NCBI GenBank assembly: GCA_002399815.1
Contig: DHEJ01000010.1
Location: 25,920-89,919, forward strand
DNA length: 64,000 nt
From: Acholeplasmataceae bacterium UBA4853
Lineage (GTDB): Bacteria; Bacillota_I; Bacilli_A; Acholeplasmatales; Acholeplasmataceae
Direction: 5' to 3'
The notes beneath the pieces were generated by a model. It saw only the letters and a program-made list of their open reading frames with translations, did not search any database and was not told where the DNA came from. Shown here one piece after another: positions 50,946 through 60,908 of the stretch (positions are counted from its first letter, which is position 1; every line of letters starts with the position of its first letter). Position numbers and translations under genes: made by a program.

Positions 50946-51100
50946 TTTAAGGTATTTAAATTATTGTATGGTAATGGTATACCTATCCAATATAGTATGG
51001 TAGACCATACAATTTTTGAAATACGATTTTAATATAGAAAAAAATGAAGACCTCGTTTAAAATGAGATTAGCTGATAATCCATAAGAAAGCGAGGTCTTC

Positions 51101-52387
51101 ATGTATGATAATAACATAAAACTACTCTCTCTAATACATCTAAGAGATAACATTGAATCAATTGATATCACATATGATAGTGATACTTTAATAGCAATCA
51201 TCAAGTTATTTAAAAGAACGACAACTTGTGCAGTATGTAGAACGAATGCATCTAAATTTAACTGCTATAAGATTAAGAAAATTATTCATAGTATTTCTAC
51301 ACAAAAGCCGTGTATTATTCATTTTAAACAACGCAGGTATCAATGCATAACCTGTGGAAAGACTTATTTTGAAGATAATCCATTTGTAGAAAGTAATTCA
51401 AACATTGGACATTTGACTAAGTTATCTATATTAGAGTATTTAAAAGATTTTAATCACACATTCACTGATACTGCTAAGTTATTTAATGTATCCATTCAAA
51501 GTGTGATTGATATCTTTGATAAGTCGATTGATGCTAGGCGAAGGTTATTACCTGAGATCATCTGTATTGACGAAGTATTTACCTCTAAAATGAACCGATA
51601 TAAATACGCCTGTGTCTTATTAGATTTTAAATCATCCAAATTAATTGATGTGATAGCAACCCGTCATAAAAACTACTTAATTGAATATTTTAGTAGAATT
51701 TCTTTAAAGGAAAGGACATCCGTTAAGTACTTTATCATGGATATGTGGGATTCATATCGTGATACGGTTAAATTATGTTTCCCACAAGCTAAAATAGCTG
51801 TGGACTCATTTCATATTATTAGAAATCTAAATGAAGCACTTAAAGCTGTTCGAATCAAAGTACAAAACAAATACTACCAAAATAGATCCAAGTTAGAACA
51901 TCACGATATGTATTACTATATGTTAAAGAAGTTTCATTACTTCTTCGTTAAGGATTATGAGTCAATCTATGATGGTAAAATTAAGATGACTAAGTATCAA
52001 TCTTACTGGCATAAATCAGAAATATTAGGGTATTTACTTTCAATTGATGATGAATTAACTACTGCTTATAGACTTAAGGAAAGATATCGTGAATTTAACC
52101 TGACAGCTGATTATGAAACGTGCAATGATGAGTTAAATGATCTAATATATGAATTTAGGAATAGTGGGCTAGAATCATTTAGATCGTTTGGTAAAACACT
52201 GGAAAGATGAAATAAAAATTCGTTGGTTAGAATTAATGGTAGAAGACTATCCAATGGTCCTATTGAATCTACCAATTCTAAGATTAAAACCATTATCAAA
52301 ACATCCAATGGCATTAAGGATTTCGATAGATTTAGAAACAGAGTACTATATTCTATTAATAAAGATTTACCTATCCAAAATAAATAA
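51101..52387 (+). pseudogene. ISL3 transposase interrupted by an in-frame TGA at 52208-52210
   Basis: Zinc finger CAVC/CITC, CIDE, MDMW and VDSFH. After the stop the same frame continues to SNGPIESTNSKIK...FDRFRNR and TAA 52387. Confidence 0.88.
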
Positions 52388-52410
52388 TAAGTATGAATTA
52401 TCAGCAAAGA

Positions 52411-52440
52411 AAAAGGCACTTCATTCTGAGTGCCTTTTTG
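52411..52440 (+). terminator. Terminator inside the IS right end
   Basis: AAAAGGCACT/AGTGCCTTTT. Confidence 0.75.
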
Positions 52441-52534
52441 AGTACCATACAATAATTGAAAGCATGATTTACCATATGATTTTGGATAGCCTTATTTAGT
52501 ATTTACCATACTATTTTTGAAAGAGCCTTAATTT

Positions 52535-52570
52535 AAAAGCCTCATATCGACTTTGATATGAGGCTTTCTT
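52535..52570. terminator. Bidirectional terminator, originally between neopullulanase and amylase
   Basis: AAAGCCTCATATC/GATATGAGGCTTT. Confidence 0.8.
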
Positions 52571-53851
52571 TTATAATTTAATATGGAAAATGATTGGTTC
52601 GTTAGATAAGTTCATTAAACCTTCTTCAACAACGTAAGTATTTTCACTTAATAAGTTCTGATATATACCATCTGGTAAATCAACTTTCAGTGTTCTGAGG
52701 TTTTCTAGGTTAAATATACCTAACATTTTCTCAGAATTTAATTGATATGATAGTACAGCGATATGCTTGGTTTCAACAAAGTTATATACACCTTCACTAA
52801 ATATCTTAGCTTTTTTAAGTTTAGCTAATTTTTTAATGAGTGGTTCAATAGACTTTTCTTTATCCCAAGGGACTAAATCAAATTCAAACAAACTAGGTCT
52901 ATGCATTACTTGATGTTCTTGACCTGCATAAAGCATAGTAGTACCTTTCAAGAAGAACTGTAATGCCGTCATTTGCAGAAGCTTTTCTGGATCATTTACT
53001 TTTTTAGCGATACGTTCTTGATCATGGTTTTCAAATGAACGAAGTTTTACGTAGTTTTTAGGATATGTAACTTCTTGTCGCCAAAGTTCATATAAGTATC
53101 GTTCTAAAGTGTTTTTACCATTTAAGTATCCATCCATAAAACTAAAGATATCATAATCATATGCGATATCAAATGCTTGATACATTTGTGAATCTGTTGA
53201 AGCATCATAACCTATATCTCTTAAATATTTAATAAATCCATACTCAACGGACTCAGTTAACCAAATGAGGTTTGGATTCACTAAGTCTAAAGATTTTCTC
53301 GCTTCTAACCAGAAATCAATCGGTAAAAGTGGTGCGACATCACATCTAAATCCATCTACATATTGTGCCCAATATTTTAAAACATCAATAAGATAGGTCC
53401 AGATTTCTCTATTATCTAAGTTTAAATCGGTTATATCACTCCAATCACCGACTCTATTTGCAAATGTACCATCTGCTTTTTTATAGAACCAATGTGGATT
53501 TTTTTGAGTAAGTATTGAATCTCTTGAAGTATGATTAAATACAATATCCATCATAATTTTCATACCACGCTTATGTGTTTCTTCAACAAGTAGTTTAAAG
53601 TCATCTAAACTGCCGTTTAACGCATCAATAGCATAGTAATCATATATAGCATAAGGAGAACCGACTTCACCTTTTCGATCTTTTTTTCCGATTGGATGAA
53701 ATGGTAGTAAATAGACAACATCAGTTCCTAAAGATTGAATACGATCTAAATCTTTGATTAATCCTTTAAAATCATGAGTTGGTGTGTGTTGTCTGACAAA
53801 TACTTGATAAATCATGTAATTTCTTAAATAGTTTGGTGTTTGTTTAGCCAC
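52571..53851 (-). CDS. Cytoplasmic alpha-amylase family protein (GH13)
   Basis: IYQVFVR, GSPYA, DIVFNHTS, DGFRCDVA, WLTES and ENHD. GTG start at 53851. Confidence 0.9.
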   Translation of the reverse strand: MAKQTPNYLRNYMIYQVFVRQHTPTHDFKGLIKDLDRIQSLGTDVVYLLPFHPIGKKDRKGEVGSPYAIYDYYAIDALNGSLDDFKLLVEETHKRGMKIMMDIVFNHTSRDSILTQKNPHWFYKKADGTFANRVGDWSDITDLNLDNREIWTYLIDVLKYWAQYVDGFRCDVAPLLPIDFWLEARKSLDLVNPNLIWLTESVEYGFIKYLRDIGYDASTDSQMYQAFDIAYDYDIFSFMDGYLNGKNTLERYLYELWRQEVTYPKNYVKLRSFENHDQERIAKKVNDPEKLLQMTALQFFLKGTTMLYAGQEHQVMHRPSLFEFDLVPWDKEKSIEPLIKKLAKLKKAKIFSEGVYNFVETKHIAVLSYQLNSEKMLGIFNLENLRTLKVDLPDGIYQNLLSENTYVVEEGLMNLSNEPIIFHIKL

Positions 53852-53858
53852 TTTATCC

Positions 53859-55250
53859 TTATCCTTTCGTTGCACCTGCCATAATACCTTCGATAAGGTA
53901 TCTTTGGAAAATCATATAAATCACAGCAATTGGCATACCAACAATTAATGCAGCAGCAGCAAATGCTGGGTAATTTAAATCATATTGACCATTAATGAAA
54001 GAGAAGATACCAACAGCAAGTGTCCATTGATTTTGAATTTGATCAATCGCGACCCCTGGTCCTGGAACGTTTAATAGATAACCCGGTAACATATAGTCCA
54101 TCCAAGGTGCCATAAACATACTCACTGCAACAAACATTAAGATTGGAACTGCAAGCGGTAAGATAATATAAACAAATATCTTAAGTTTGGAAGCACCATC
54201 AATCATTGCCGATTCATCTAAATCTTTAGGGATTTGAGCTAGGAATCCTTTAATCAACCATAGATTACCAGGTATTGCTCCCCCGATATAAAGAATTGTT
54301 AAATAAATTGGTTGTCCGAGGAAACCGAACTTCCAGAATAATACGTACATAGCGATTAAACCCATAAATGAAGGGAATGCTTGTAGTACTAAAATAGTAA
54401 GTAAACCAGCTTTTTTACCTTTGAATGAGTATCTTGCAAATACATAAGATGCTCCAGTGATAATAACTGTACCAAAAATCATATTAATTACTGCAATGAT
54501 AATGGTATTTAAGTACCAGCGACCGAATTTAGATTCTGGGGAATTGAATAGATAATCAAATCCACTCCATGATGGATTTGATGGCCAGATTTCGTTAGGA
54601 ACCGTTGAAGTACCACTTGAAAATGCCATACCGAAGATATAAATTACAGGGATTAAGACGACAACAACTAATAATGTTAATTCTGCATTAATTAATGTCT
54701 TCATTAAAATGTTTTTAATCGAAAATGTTGCACGTATTGATAATTTAGACGTATTACGACGTTTAGGTTTAAACTTGAAGTGATAAAAACCGTAGATAGG
54801 AATAAGCCCTATTAAACCGGGTTCAATACCTTCATAGCCTTTTTTAGTCGCATATTCAACAACTAAACCTTGATGGACTAATAATACTAAAATCACTAAG
54901 AAGATTATAACCAATGTTCTCATAAAGTTATTAACAAAGGATACATAAGTAATCATTGACACAGGTATGACAATAATAAGTGCCAATAACATGCCTACGA
55001 AAACGAGTCCAATCTTCTTTATTACGATTTCAAATGAATAAAGATAATCAAATTCCTCTTTTGTGACACCTGGTTTTAAATTTTCTAAGTGTTTAACGTA
55101 GTAATTACCATAGAATGGAATAAAAGCAATGAGCTTAATCTTTAGTTTATGTTCATAACCTTTCTTTTTAACTACATCAAAAATTATATAGAAATTAGAA
55201 ATTATTCCCCAAAGGACTATAAATACTAGAGATAAAATTAATAATTCCAT
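53859..55250 (-). CDS. Maltodextrin ABC permease (MalG-like) with a ~180 aa N-terminal extension
   Basis: EAA loop DLDESAMIDGAS and C-terminal QRYLIEGIMAGATKG. Confidence 0.88.
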   Translation of the reverse strand: MELLILSLVFIVLWGIISNFYIIFDVVKKKGYEHKLKIKLIAFIPFYGNYYVKHLENLKPGVTKEEFDYLYSFEIVIKKIGLVFVGMLLALIIVIPVSMITYVSFVNNFMRTLVIIFLVILVLLVHQGLVVEYATKKGYEGIEPGLIGLIPIYGFYHFKFKPKRRNTSKLSIRATFSIKNILMKTLINAELTLLVVVVLIPVIYIFGMAFSSGTSTVPNEIWPSNPSWSGFDYLFNSPESKFGRWYLNTIIIAVINMIFGTVIITGASYVFARYSFKGKKAGLLTILVLQAFPSFMGLIAMYVLFWKFGFLGQPIYLTILYIGGAIPGNLWLIKGFLAQIPKDLDESAMIDGASKLKIFVYIILPLAVPILMFVAVSMFMAPWMDYMLPGYLLNVPGPGVAIDQIQNQWTLAVGIFSFINGQYDLNYPAFAAAALIVGMPIAVIYMIFQRYLIEGIMAGATKG

Positions 55251-55253
55251 ATT

Positions 55254-57695
55254 TTAATCCTCCTGGAAAGCCTTAGTTCTAGATAAGTTCCATGCAGTAA
55301 TACTACCTACAAATAGGAATATTAGAACTGAGAAGACTGAGGCCATGTTATAAATTTGATGATCTGTGGTTAAACGGTACATCCATGAAATTAGAATGTC
55401 TGTTTGTCCAGCAAATCCATTGATAGGGCTGGTTAAATCACCCGGACCCCCACCTGTAATAAAGTAGATGACTCCGAAGTTGTTAAAGTTACCAGAGAAA
55501 GTCATAATCAGGATTGGTGCCGTCGAATATAAAACTAATGGCATCGTGATTTGCATCAGTTTTTGGAATCCAGATGCACCATCAATATCTGCTGCTTCAT
55601 AAAGAGATTTATCGATTGCAGTCATAATACCAGTCATTAATGCCATGAAGTATGGGAAACCAAGCCAAATATTAACAACAATTAAAACGACTCTAACAAA
55701 GTTAGGATTATAGAAGTTGATGAACCATTGAATATTACCTTCACCTAACCAGAATAATTGTGCTAAACCACTGACCTCTTGATAAGCAACACCCAATATA
55801 CCCCAACTCTTAAATAGATCATATAAGCCTATTTGCATGAATAATTGATTCACAAATCCATTTTCATTAAATATGACTGAGAAGACCATTTGAGAAAGTA
55901 ATGCTGGTATTGCCCATGGAAGAATTAAGATTGTTCTCCAAAGTTTTCTAAATACAACAGATTCAGCATTTAAAATAAGTGCTTGGAAGAATCCACCAAA
56001 GAAACAAGTGAATGTAGAGAATATTGCCCAAACAACAGTCCAGCCAAGTACACGCCAGAAAGCATTTCCAAAGCCTTGTCCGATACTTGAGTTTGGATCA
56101 AATACTGCAATAAAGTTTTGGAATCCAACCCAGTCGAATAACTTATCCATCGACCCAAGACCACCAATAGAAGTAAATGCAATAACAAATCCAAAGACAA
56201 TTGGCATGATTGAGATGAATGCTAGAACAAATAATGCAGGAGAAAGAATAATATATTCAAATCCGTTATCCCAAACTGATTTGAAGTAAGCTTTTGTATT
56301 TAAAGGTTTTTCTTTTAAACGTTTCTTTTCTGAAACATGATATGTATCAATCATGCTCCAAATACCGAAAATAAAGAAGAATAATGATAAGATCACTGCA
56401 ATTAAACCTTCAAGAAGTAGTAAAGTAGAAACGTGTCCACGAACACTGATTTGACCTTCATAATTAATCTTACTACGCATATTTGTTGCAGAAGGTTCGT
56501 TAACTTTACCTAACATAGCATCGACTAAAGATAAGTGTCTATTTAAGTTGACTTCAGTAGCTTGTCCTAAAGTAAGTACTTCCCAGTATCCTTTAACAAA
56601 CATCCCAGCATAGTCATAGAAGAAGTTATCAAAATCTTTCATATACTGAGCTTTAAATTCAGGATTTAATTCCATATAAACGCGCACCATAAGTTTTACA
56701 AAATCGGCATCATCTATTGGATTAATAACATCACCTTGAACCATTGCACGTCTAAAATACTCAGAAAACTGAGTTTGCTTATATTGTTGACGAATACCAT
56801 TATGGATTAATCCTGGTTCATAATATTCATATAATTTACCATTTAGTTGATAAACAGGGCCAATAATTTGTGTCTGTGGTACTGGTTCAAATGTAATTGA
56901 AGCTGTTTGTAGATTAAATGTTGTTGCAGATAATTCTAAATAACGTGTTAATGAATCCACTTCAACTTCAACGTAATATGTTTGATCCACTAAGAATAAC
57001 TTACCAGTTTTTCTAAATGGTACAAGTCCGTCTTCTGATGTAATAACACTTGGGTTATCCATTCGATTAAATACATCAGTTTGAATATACTCTTTTTTAG
57101 GGTTCCCAGTTTCATCAGTAAAGTTTCTAGCATAGTAGAATTTTTGATTTAACTGATCATAAAACATATCGAAATTCTCGATAGTTATTAAACGCTTGGC
57201 ATTAACTAAATCAAAATCGTCATATAATGTTTCATTTGATGTACCAAATTCAGTAAATCTTAAATAAGATGCTTGACTTAAATCACTTGCAAAGAATTCG
57301 ATAAAGCGTTCTTCTGTAAATAACTTAGCTGTAGGATTTAATGAACCAGTAGGACCACCGTAGTATCCCATTGGATCTTTTTGCTCAACACCAATTGATT
57401 CTAGATAAGCTTCAAACTCTGGGTGATCATTACCAATAAGTAATTGACCATCATATGTTTGGAAAAATGCTTTTTCATACCATTGACCAAGTGAATCTCC
57501 TGAAATTTTACTTAGAGGAATTTCGTTTTCAGTTTTTGGAAAGTAAAAATATCTAGATGACAATAATTCGATTAAGACAAAAATTATGAAAAAGATAAAA
57601 AAGAATAAAGACTTTATGTATTGTTTATTTAATAATTGTCCAATTCCCCAGAAAAATCCTGAAAAAATAGTTTTTATAATACTCCATGCCTTCAT
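55254..57695 (-). CDS. Maltodextrin ABC permease (MalF-like) with a very large extracytoplasmic insertion
   Basis: WGIGQLLNKQ, PWAIP, LYEAADIDGAS and GQTDILISW. 813 aa. Confidence 0.88.
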   Translation of the reverse strand: MKAWSIIKTIFSGFFWGIGQLLNKQYIKSLFFFIFFIIFVLIELLSSRYFYFPKTENEIPLSKISGDSLGQWYEKAFFQTYDGQLLIGNDHPEFEAYLESIGVEQKDPMGYYGGPTGSLNPTAKLFTEERFIEFFASDLSQASYLRFTEFGTSNETLYDDFDLVNAKRLITIENFDMFYDQLNQKFYYARNFTDETGNPKKEYIQTDVFNRMDNPSVITSEDGLVPFRKTGKLFLVDQTYYVEVEVDSLTRYLELSATTFNLQTASITFEPVPQTQIIGPVYQLNGKLYEYYEPGLIHNGIRQQYKQTQFSEYFRRAMVQGDVINPIDDADFVKLMVRVYMELNPEFKAQYMKDFDNFFYDYAGMFVKGYWEVLTLGQATEVNLNRHLSLVDAMLGKVNEPSATNMRSKINYEGQISVRGHVSTLLLLEGLIAVILSLFFFIFGIWSMIDTYHVSEKKRLKEKPLNTKAYFKSVWDNGFEYIILSPALFVLAFISIMPIVFGFVIAFTSIGGLGSMDKLFDWVGFQNFIAVFDPNSSIGQGFGNAFWRVLGWTVVWAIFSTFTCFFGGFFQALILNAESVVFRKLWRTILILPWAIPALLSQMVFSVIFNENGFVNQLFMQIGLYDLFKSWGILGVAYQEVSGLAQLFWLGEGNIQWFINFYNPNFVRVVLIVVNIWLGFPYFMALMTGIMTAIDKSLYEAADIDGASGFQKLMQITMPLVLYSTAPILIMTFSGNFNNFGVIYFITGGGPGDLTSPINGFAGQTDILISWMYRLTTDHQIYNMASVFSVLIFLFVGSITAWNLSRTKAFQED

Positions 57696-57725
57696 GTTGC
57701 GACAACCTTTCTATGAGAACTTACA

Positions 57726-57767
57726 ATCAAATGAGGGCGACAGTAAATACTGCCGCCTTCATTGATT
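57726..57767 (-). other. Intercistronic hairpin after the binding-protein gene (mRNA stabiliser or partial terminator)
   Basis: Imperfect stem AATCAAATGAGGGCGACAGT / ACTGCCGCCTTCATTGATT. Confidence 0.6.
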
Positions 57768-57792
57768 AATATGATAATTTTAAAATTTAATA

Positions 57793-59163
57793 CTATGCGC
57801 CGCCAAGACCAGCTTGAGCACGGTAAGCAGCTTCAGCTGTAACAACAGCAGTAGCAGGAGCAACACCAGTATTCCAAACAGAGATAATCATTGATTCACC
57901 TGGACCCCAGTAGTATTGAACTGCAGGGATAGTAGGCATTGGAATAGCACTTTCTAATTGTGCTGAAATTGAAGGCATATAAGGATCTGTTGAGAATCCA
58001 TCAATATTTGATAATAATGATGTCTTTAAAGCAGGTAACTTATATTTCATTTCTAATTGTAATTCCATAGCAACGTCTGACATTAAGAATTCTAGGAATT
58101 TAGTAGCAGCTTCTTTATGTTGTGAATATTTATAAATTGCAGCCATTTGAGCACCAGCGAATGGAGCACCAGATACACCGCCAATAGATGGAAGTGGAGC
58201 GATACCGAAGTTTAATCCAGCAGTTCCTGAGTACTCTTCAATGTTCCATGGACCAGCAATAATATAAGGAATACGTCCAGCAACGAAGTTTGCACCAGCA
58301 GATACTGAGTTATGGTTACCAGTACCAGTTACAATTGGTTTTAATGAATCACGGAACCAAGTTAATGCAGCTTCAGCTTGAGCAAATCCAACTGCTTCAG
58401 CATTGTCTAAAGTAGGACCAAAAGGTTTGAATCCTTTAGCTGAATAGAATGATTGCATGAAGTATGAGTCAGCCCAGTGTGATGAAGTACCTAAGTAGTA
58501 CCAACCCTTTTGAGCATTTGTTTGACCTGAATTATCACTTGCAAGTGCAGCATTCCATGTAGCACCAGCAGCAAGTAAATCTTCCATTGTAGTTGCAGGT
58601 GTTGCTACTAAATCTTTATTGTAGTATAGACCAATAGATTCAAGTGACATTGGAACAGCATATAGGCTTTCAACGGCATTAGCACCTGGACCAAATACGC
58701 CAGTTGTTTCGTCATACCATAATGTTGCAATATCTAGACCTAGTGGGTGAGCTCTTTCAGCAATTCTAGTTTGAACTGATGAAGGTAAAGCATACACTAA
58801 ATCTTCTAAAACAGCAGCAGCTAAGTGGTCATGTGGGAATTGGAAAATATCCGCACCGTTACCAGTTAAACCGAAAGTTTTTAGTCTTTCACGTGCATCA
58901 ACAGTACCCATATGTTGGTGTTCAACAACGATGTTTTCACCTTCAGGAGTTGCATTGAATGCAGCAATAACTGCTTGCATATATTCACCGTTTTGGTCAT
59001 CGATCCAAACAGTGATTGTTTCTTTTTCTACATAAATTTCAGAGAAGTCATATCTTTGACCATTGTTAACTGGATCATCTGGACCTTCATCAACAGGTGG
59101 TGTACATGCGACTACAAAAGTTAGAAGTAGTAATAATACTAATGATAAATATATTTTTTTCAT
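57793..59163 (-). CDS. Maltose/maltodextrin-binding lipoprotein (MalE-like)
   Basis: Lipobox VVAC, ADIFQFPHD, LYYNKDLV, GPWN and PMPTIPAV. Confidence 0.9.
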   Translation of the reverse strand: MKKIYLSLVLLLLLTFVVACTPPVDEGPDDPVNNGQRYDFSEIYVEKETITVWIDDQNGEYMQAVIAAFNATPEGENIVVEHQHMGTVDARERLKTFGLTGNGADIFQFPHDHLAAAVLEDLVYALPSSVQTRIAERAHPLGLDIATLWYDETTGVFGPGANAVESLYAVPMSLESIGLYYNKDLVATPATTMEDLLAAGATWNAALASDNSGQTNAQKGWYYLGTSSHWADSYFMQSFYSAKGFKPFGPTLDNAEAVGFAQAEAALTWFRDSLKPIVTGTGNHNSVSAGANFVAGRIPYIIAGPWNIEEYSGTAGLNFGIAPLPSIGGVSGAPFAGAQMAAIYKYSQHKEAATKFLEFLMSDVAMELQLEMKYKLPALKTSLLSNIDGFSTDPYMPSISAQLESAIPMPTIPAVQYYWGPGESMIISVWNTGVAPATAVVTAEAAYRAQAGLGGA

Positions 59164-59176
59164 GTTCTATTCCTCC

Positions 59177-60721
59177 TTAAGCACTTGGTTTAACGACTCT
59201 GAAAATAAATGTTTCAGTAGTAACGTTACCCCAGTCATCTTCAACTTGTAGCATAATTGTGTAGTCTGCTTCAACTCTAGTATCTAAAATAGCGTTAGAT
59301 CCAGCAGGTACGAAAACTTTACGAGTTAAATCACCATCACGGTTATCAGTCGCAGCATATAATGGGAAGTCAGCTAAGTTAAATGGTTGACCCCATGCTA
59401 CTTCAATAATTTTACTTTCTGGTAATAATGGGAAAGTAATTACTGGTTTTTCTGTATCCATACTTACAGCAATTTGAGCAGTATTTACACCATCATCGAA
59501 GAATAAAGCATATTCTTTAGTGATGTCTAATTTAGTTGCTTCAGCTAATACGATAACAAAGTCACCAACAGCTGTATTATTTAAAGCAAAGTCAACACGA
59601 TCAATAGTAAGTCCGGTAGCAGCATAAGTATCTTCACCAGTCTTTTCTTTAACACTCCACCATCCTTTAACAACAGCGATTGCTGCAGTTTCTTCAGCTT
59701 CAGTATCAACATCCTCAGCAGCTACTGGGTTTGCTACTTGAGCAGAAGTTTTAACGATGATTTGAGTAGGTTTAACTGCATGAGTACCTGACATTGCGCC
59801 AGAAGTAGAATCAACAGTTAAAGGTAATAATCTGAATGAGAATGCATTAAATGCAAAGTCATCATAATTTGCATTACCGTAGAATACGTTTTCTCCACCA
59901 GTATATCCATTACCGTTTGAGTAAACATAAGCAAATCCTGTAGAACCAACCACGTGTGGTTTTTCAACAGTTGATGCAGCTTCATATCCTAATGAATTAA
60001 GTAATTTAACATCACCAGTCTTCTTAGAATTGTCACCTTCACCAAAGTAAATTAGGAATCCAGCATCTGGAGCTAGGTTTGCTTCAGTTGGGTCTGCACT
60101 TAGCATAGCAACTTTAACTTGTGAACCAGTAGCTGTATTTCCACCTGTTGTAAAGACTTGAAGTGGAGCATTCCATTCTGCACCTGGTAAATCCCAACCA
60201 CTCCAGTGGTGGATACCAAGTTTTTCTTCATATGATCCGGATGGATCAAAGTAAACCAATAACATATTATATTTAGCTGGATCTGCAACAAAGTATCTTG
60301 GATCAGATGCTGATGAGTTTGCATTTCCTTGGACAACATATACGTGTACTGTTTGTCCACCTTTAACAATTGTTTTTGGTATAAAGATATCACCTGTATA
60401 TTTACCATTATTCCAATCTGGTTCACCACCACCAGGTCTTTTAACAGCAATAAATCCAAATGTATCAGTATTTTCTGGTGCAACTTCAGGTAAATCATTG
60501 AAAACGAATTTAGCACCAAATTCGTCTAATCCGTCATGAGTCGCTTTTGCTTCCCATTTACCTGCTTCACCCCAACCATGGCTACCTAAGTCAGTGTAGT
60601 CGCTATCCCATTTTTTAAAGTGGACAACAACATTACCTAGATCACCAGGAGCAGCAAATAATTGCGGCAAGGAGACTAGAACTGTAGCTAAAACTAATAA
60701 AGCTAAGACAATCTTTTTCAT
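59177..60721 (-). CDS. Secreted non-catalytic protein with two CBM41/pullulanase-associated-like modules and a C-terminal Ig-like domain
   Basis: Signal peptide, VVVHFKKWDSDY..LGSHGW and LLVYFDPSGSY..LGIHHW modules, C-terminal DTEKPVIT...ATDNRDGDLT...VEDDWGN. No GH13 catalytic motifs. Confidence 0.7.
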   Translation of the reverse strand: MKKIVLALLVLATVLVSLPQLFAAPGDLGNVVVHFKKWDSDYTDLGSHGWGEAGKWEAKATHDGLDEFGAKFVFNDLPEVAPENTDTFGFIAVKRPGGGEPDWNNGKYTGDIFIPKTIVKGGQTVHVYVVQGNANSSASDPRYFVADPAKYNMLLVYFDPSGSYEEKLGIHHWSGWDLPGAEWNAPLQVFTTGGNTATGSQVKVAMLSADPTEANLAPDAGFLIYFGEGDNSKKTGDVKLLNSLGYEAASTVEKPHVVGSTGFAYVYSNGNGYTGGENVFYGNANYDDFAFNAFSFRLLPLTVDSTSGAMSGTHAVKPTQIIVKTSAQVANPVAAEDVDTEAEETAAIAVVKGWWSVKEKTGEDTYAATGLTIDRVDFALNNTAVGDFVIVLAEATKLDITKEYALFFDDGVNTAQIAVSMDTEKPVITFPLLPESKIIEVAWGQPFNLADFPLYAATDNRDGDLTRKVFVPAGSNAILDTRVEADYTIMLQVEDDWGNVTTETFIFRVVKPSA

Positions 60722-60790
60722 TTTATCCTCCTAAAAAGTATTGTTTTGAATCATCTTACGCCCATAGTATATCATAATTAATCAAACAAA

Positions 60791-60849
60791 TGTAAACGCT
60801 TTACATATATATATAATGTGCAAACGGTTTCTTATTGCAACCGCTATCA
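60791..60849. promoter_or_regulatory. Three LacI/MalR/CcpA-like operators in the divergent promoter
   Basis: TGTAAACGCTTTACA (60791), TGCAAACGGTTTCT (60819) and TGCAACCGCTATCA (60836). Confidence 0.65.
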
Positions 60850-60908
60850 TTAAAATGTATTATTTTTTTTGTTTATGATATATTTGAAACTGGATGGAGG
60901 TATCTATA

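Larger units (their letters stand above)
50950..52527 (+). mobile_element. ISL3-family insertion sequence, inactive
   Basis: Target duplication TTAATTTA at 50942-50949 and 52528-52535 (9 bp TTAATTTAA if the left end is 50951). The right end read inward is GGCTCTTTCAAAAATAGTATGGTA and the left end is its imperfect inverted repeat. Subterminal TACCATA repeats at both ends. Confidence 0.88.

Noticed and set aside
52208-52210. In-frame TGA in the transposase as evidence of genetic code 4 or readthrough
   Set aside because: Other Trp codons in the gene are TGG, and TGA terminates host genes (for example at 9528 and 33778). Reading TGA as Trp still leaves the WxxEIxN motif three residues short.
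52188-52499. 103 aa ORF as the second half of a programmed-frameshift transposase
   Set aside because: The conserved C-terminal motifs (SNGPIES, FRNR) are in the original frame, not this one. Only WKDEIK is meaningful, and the ORF runs into the IS end repeats.
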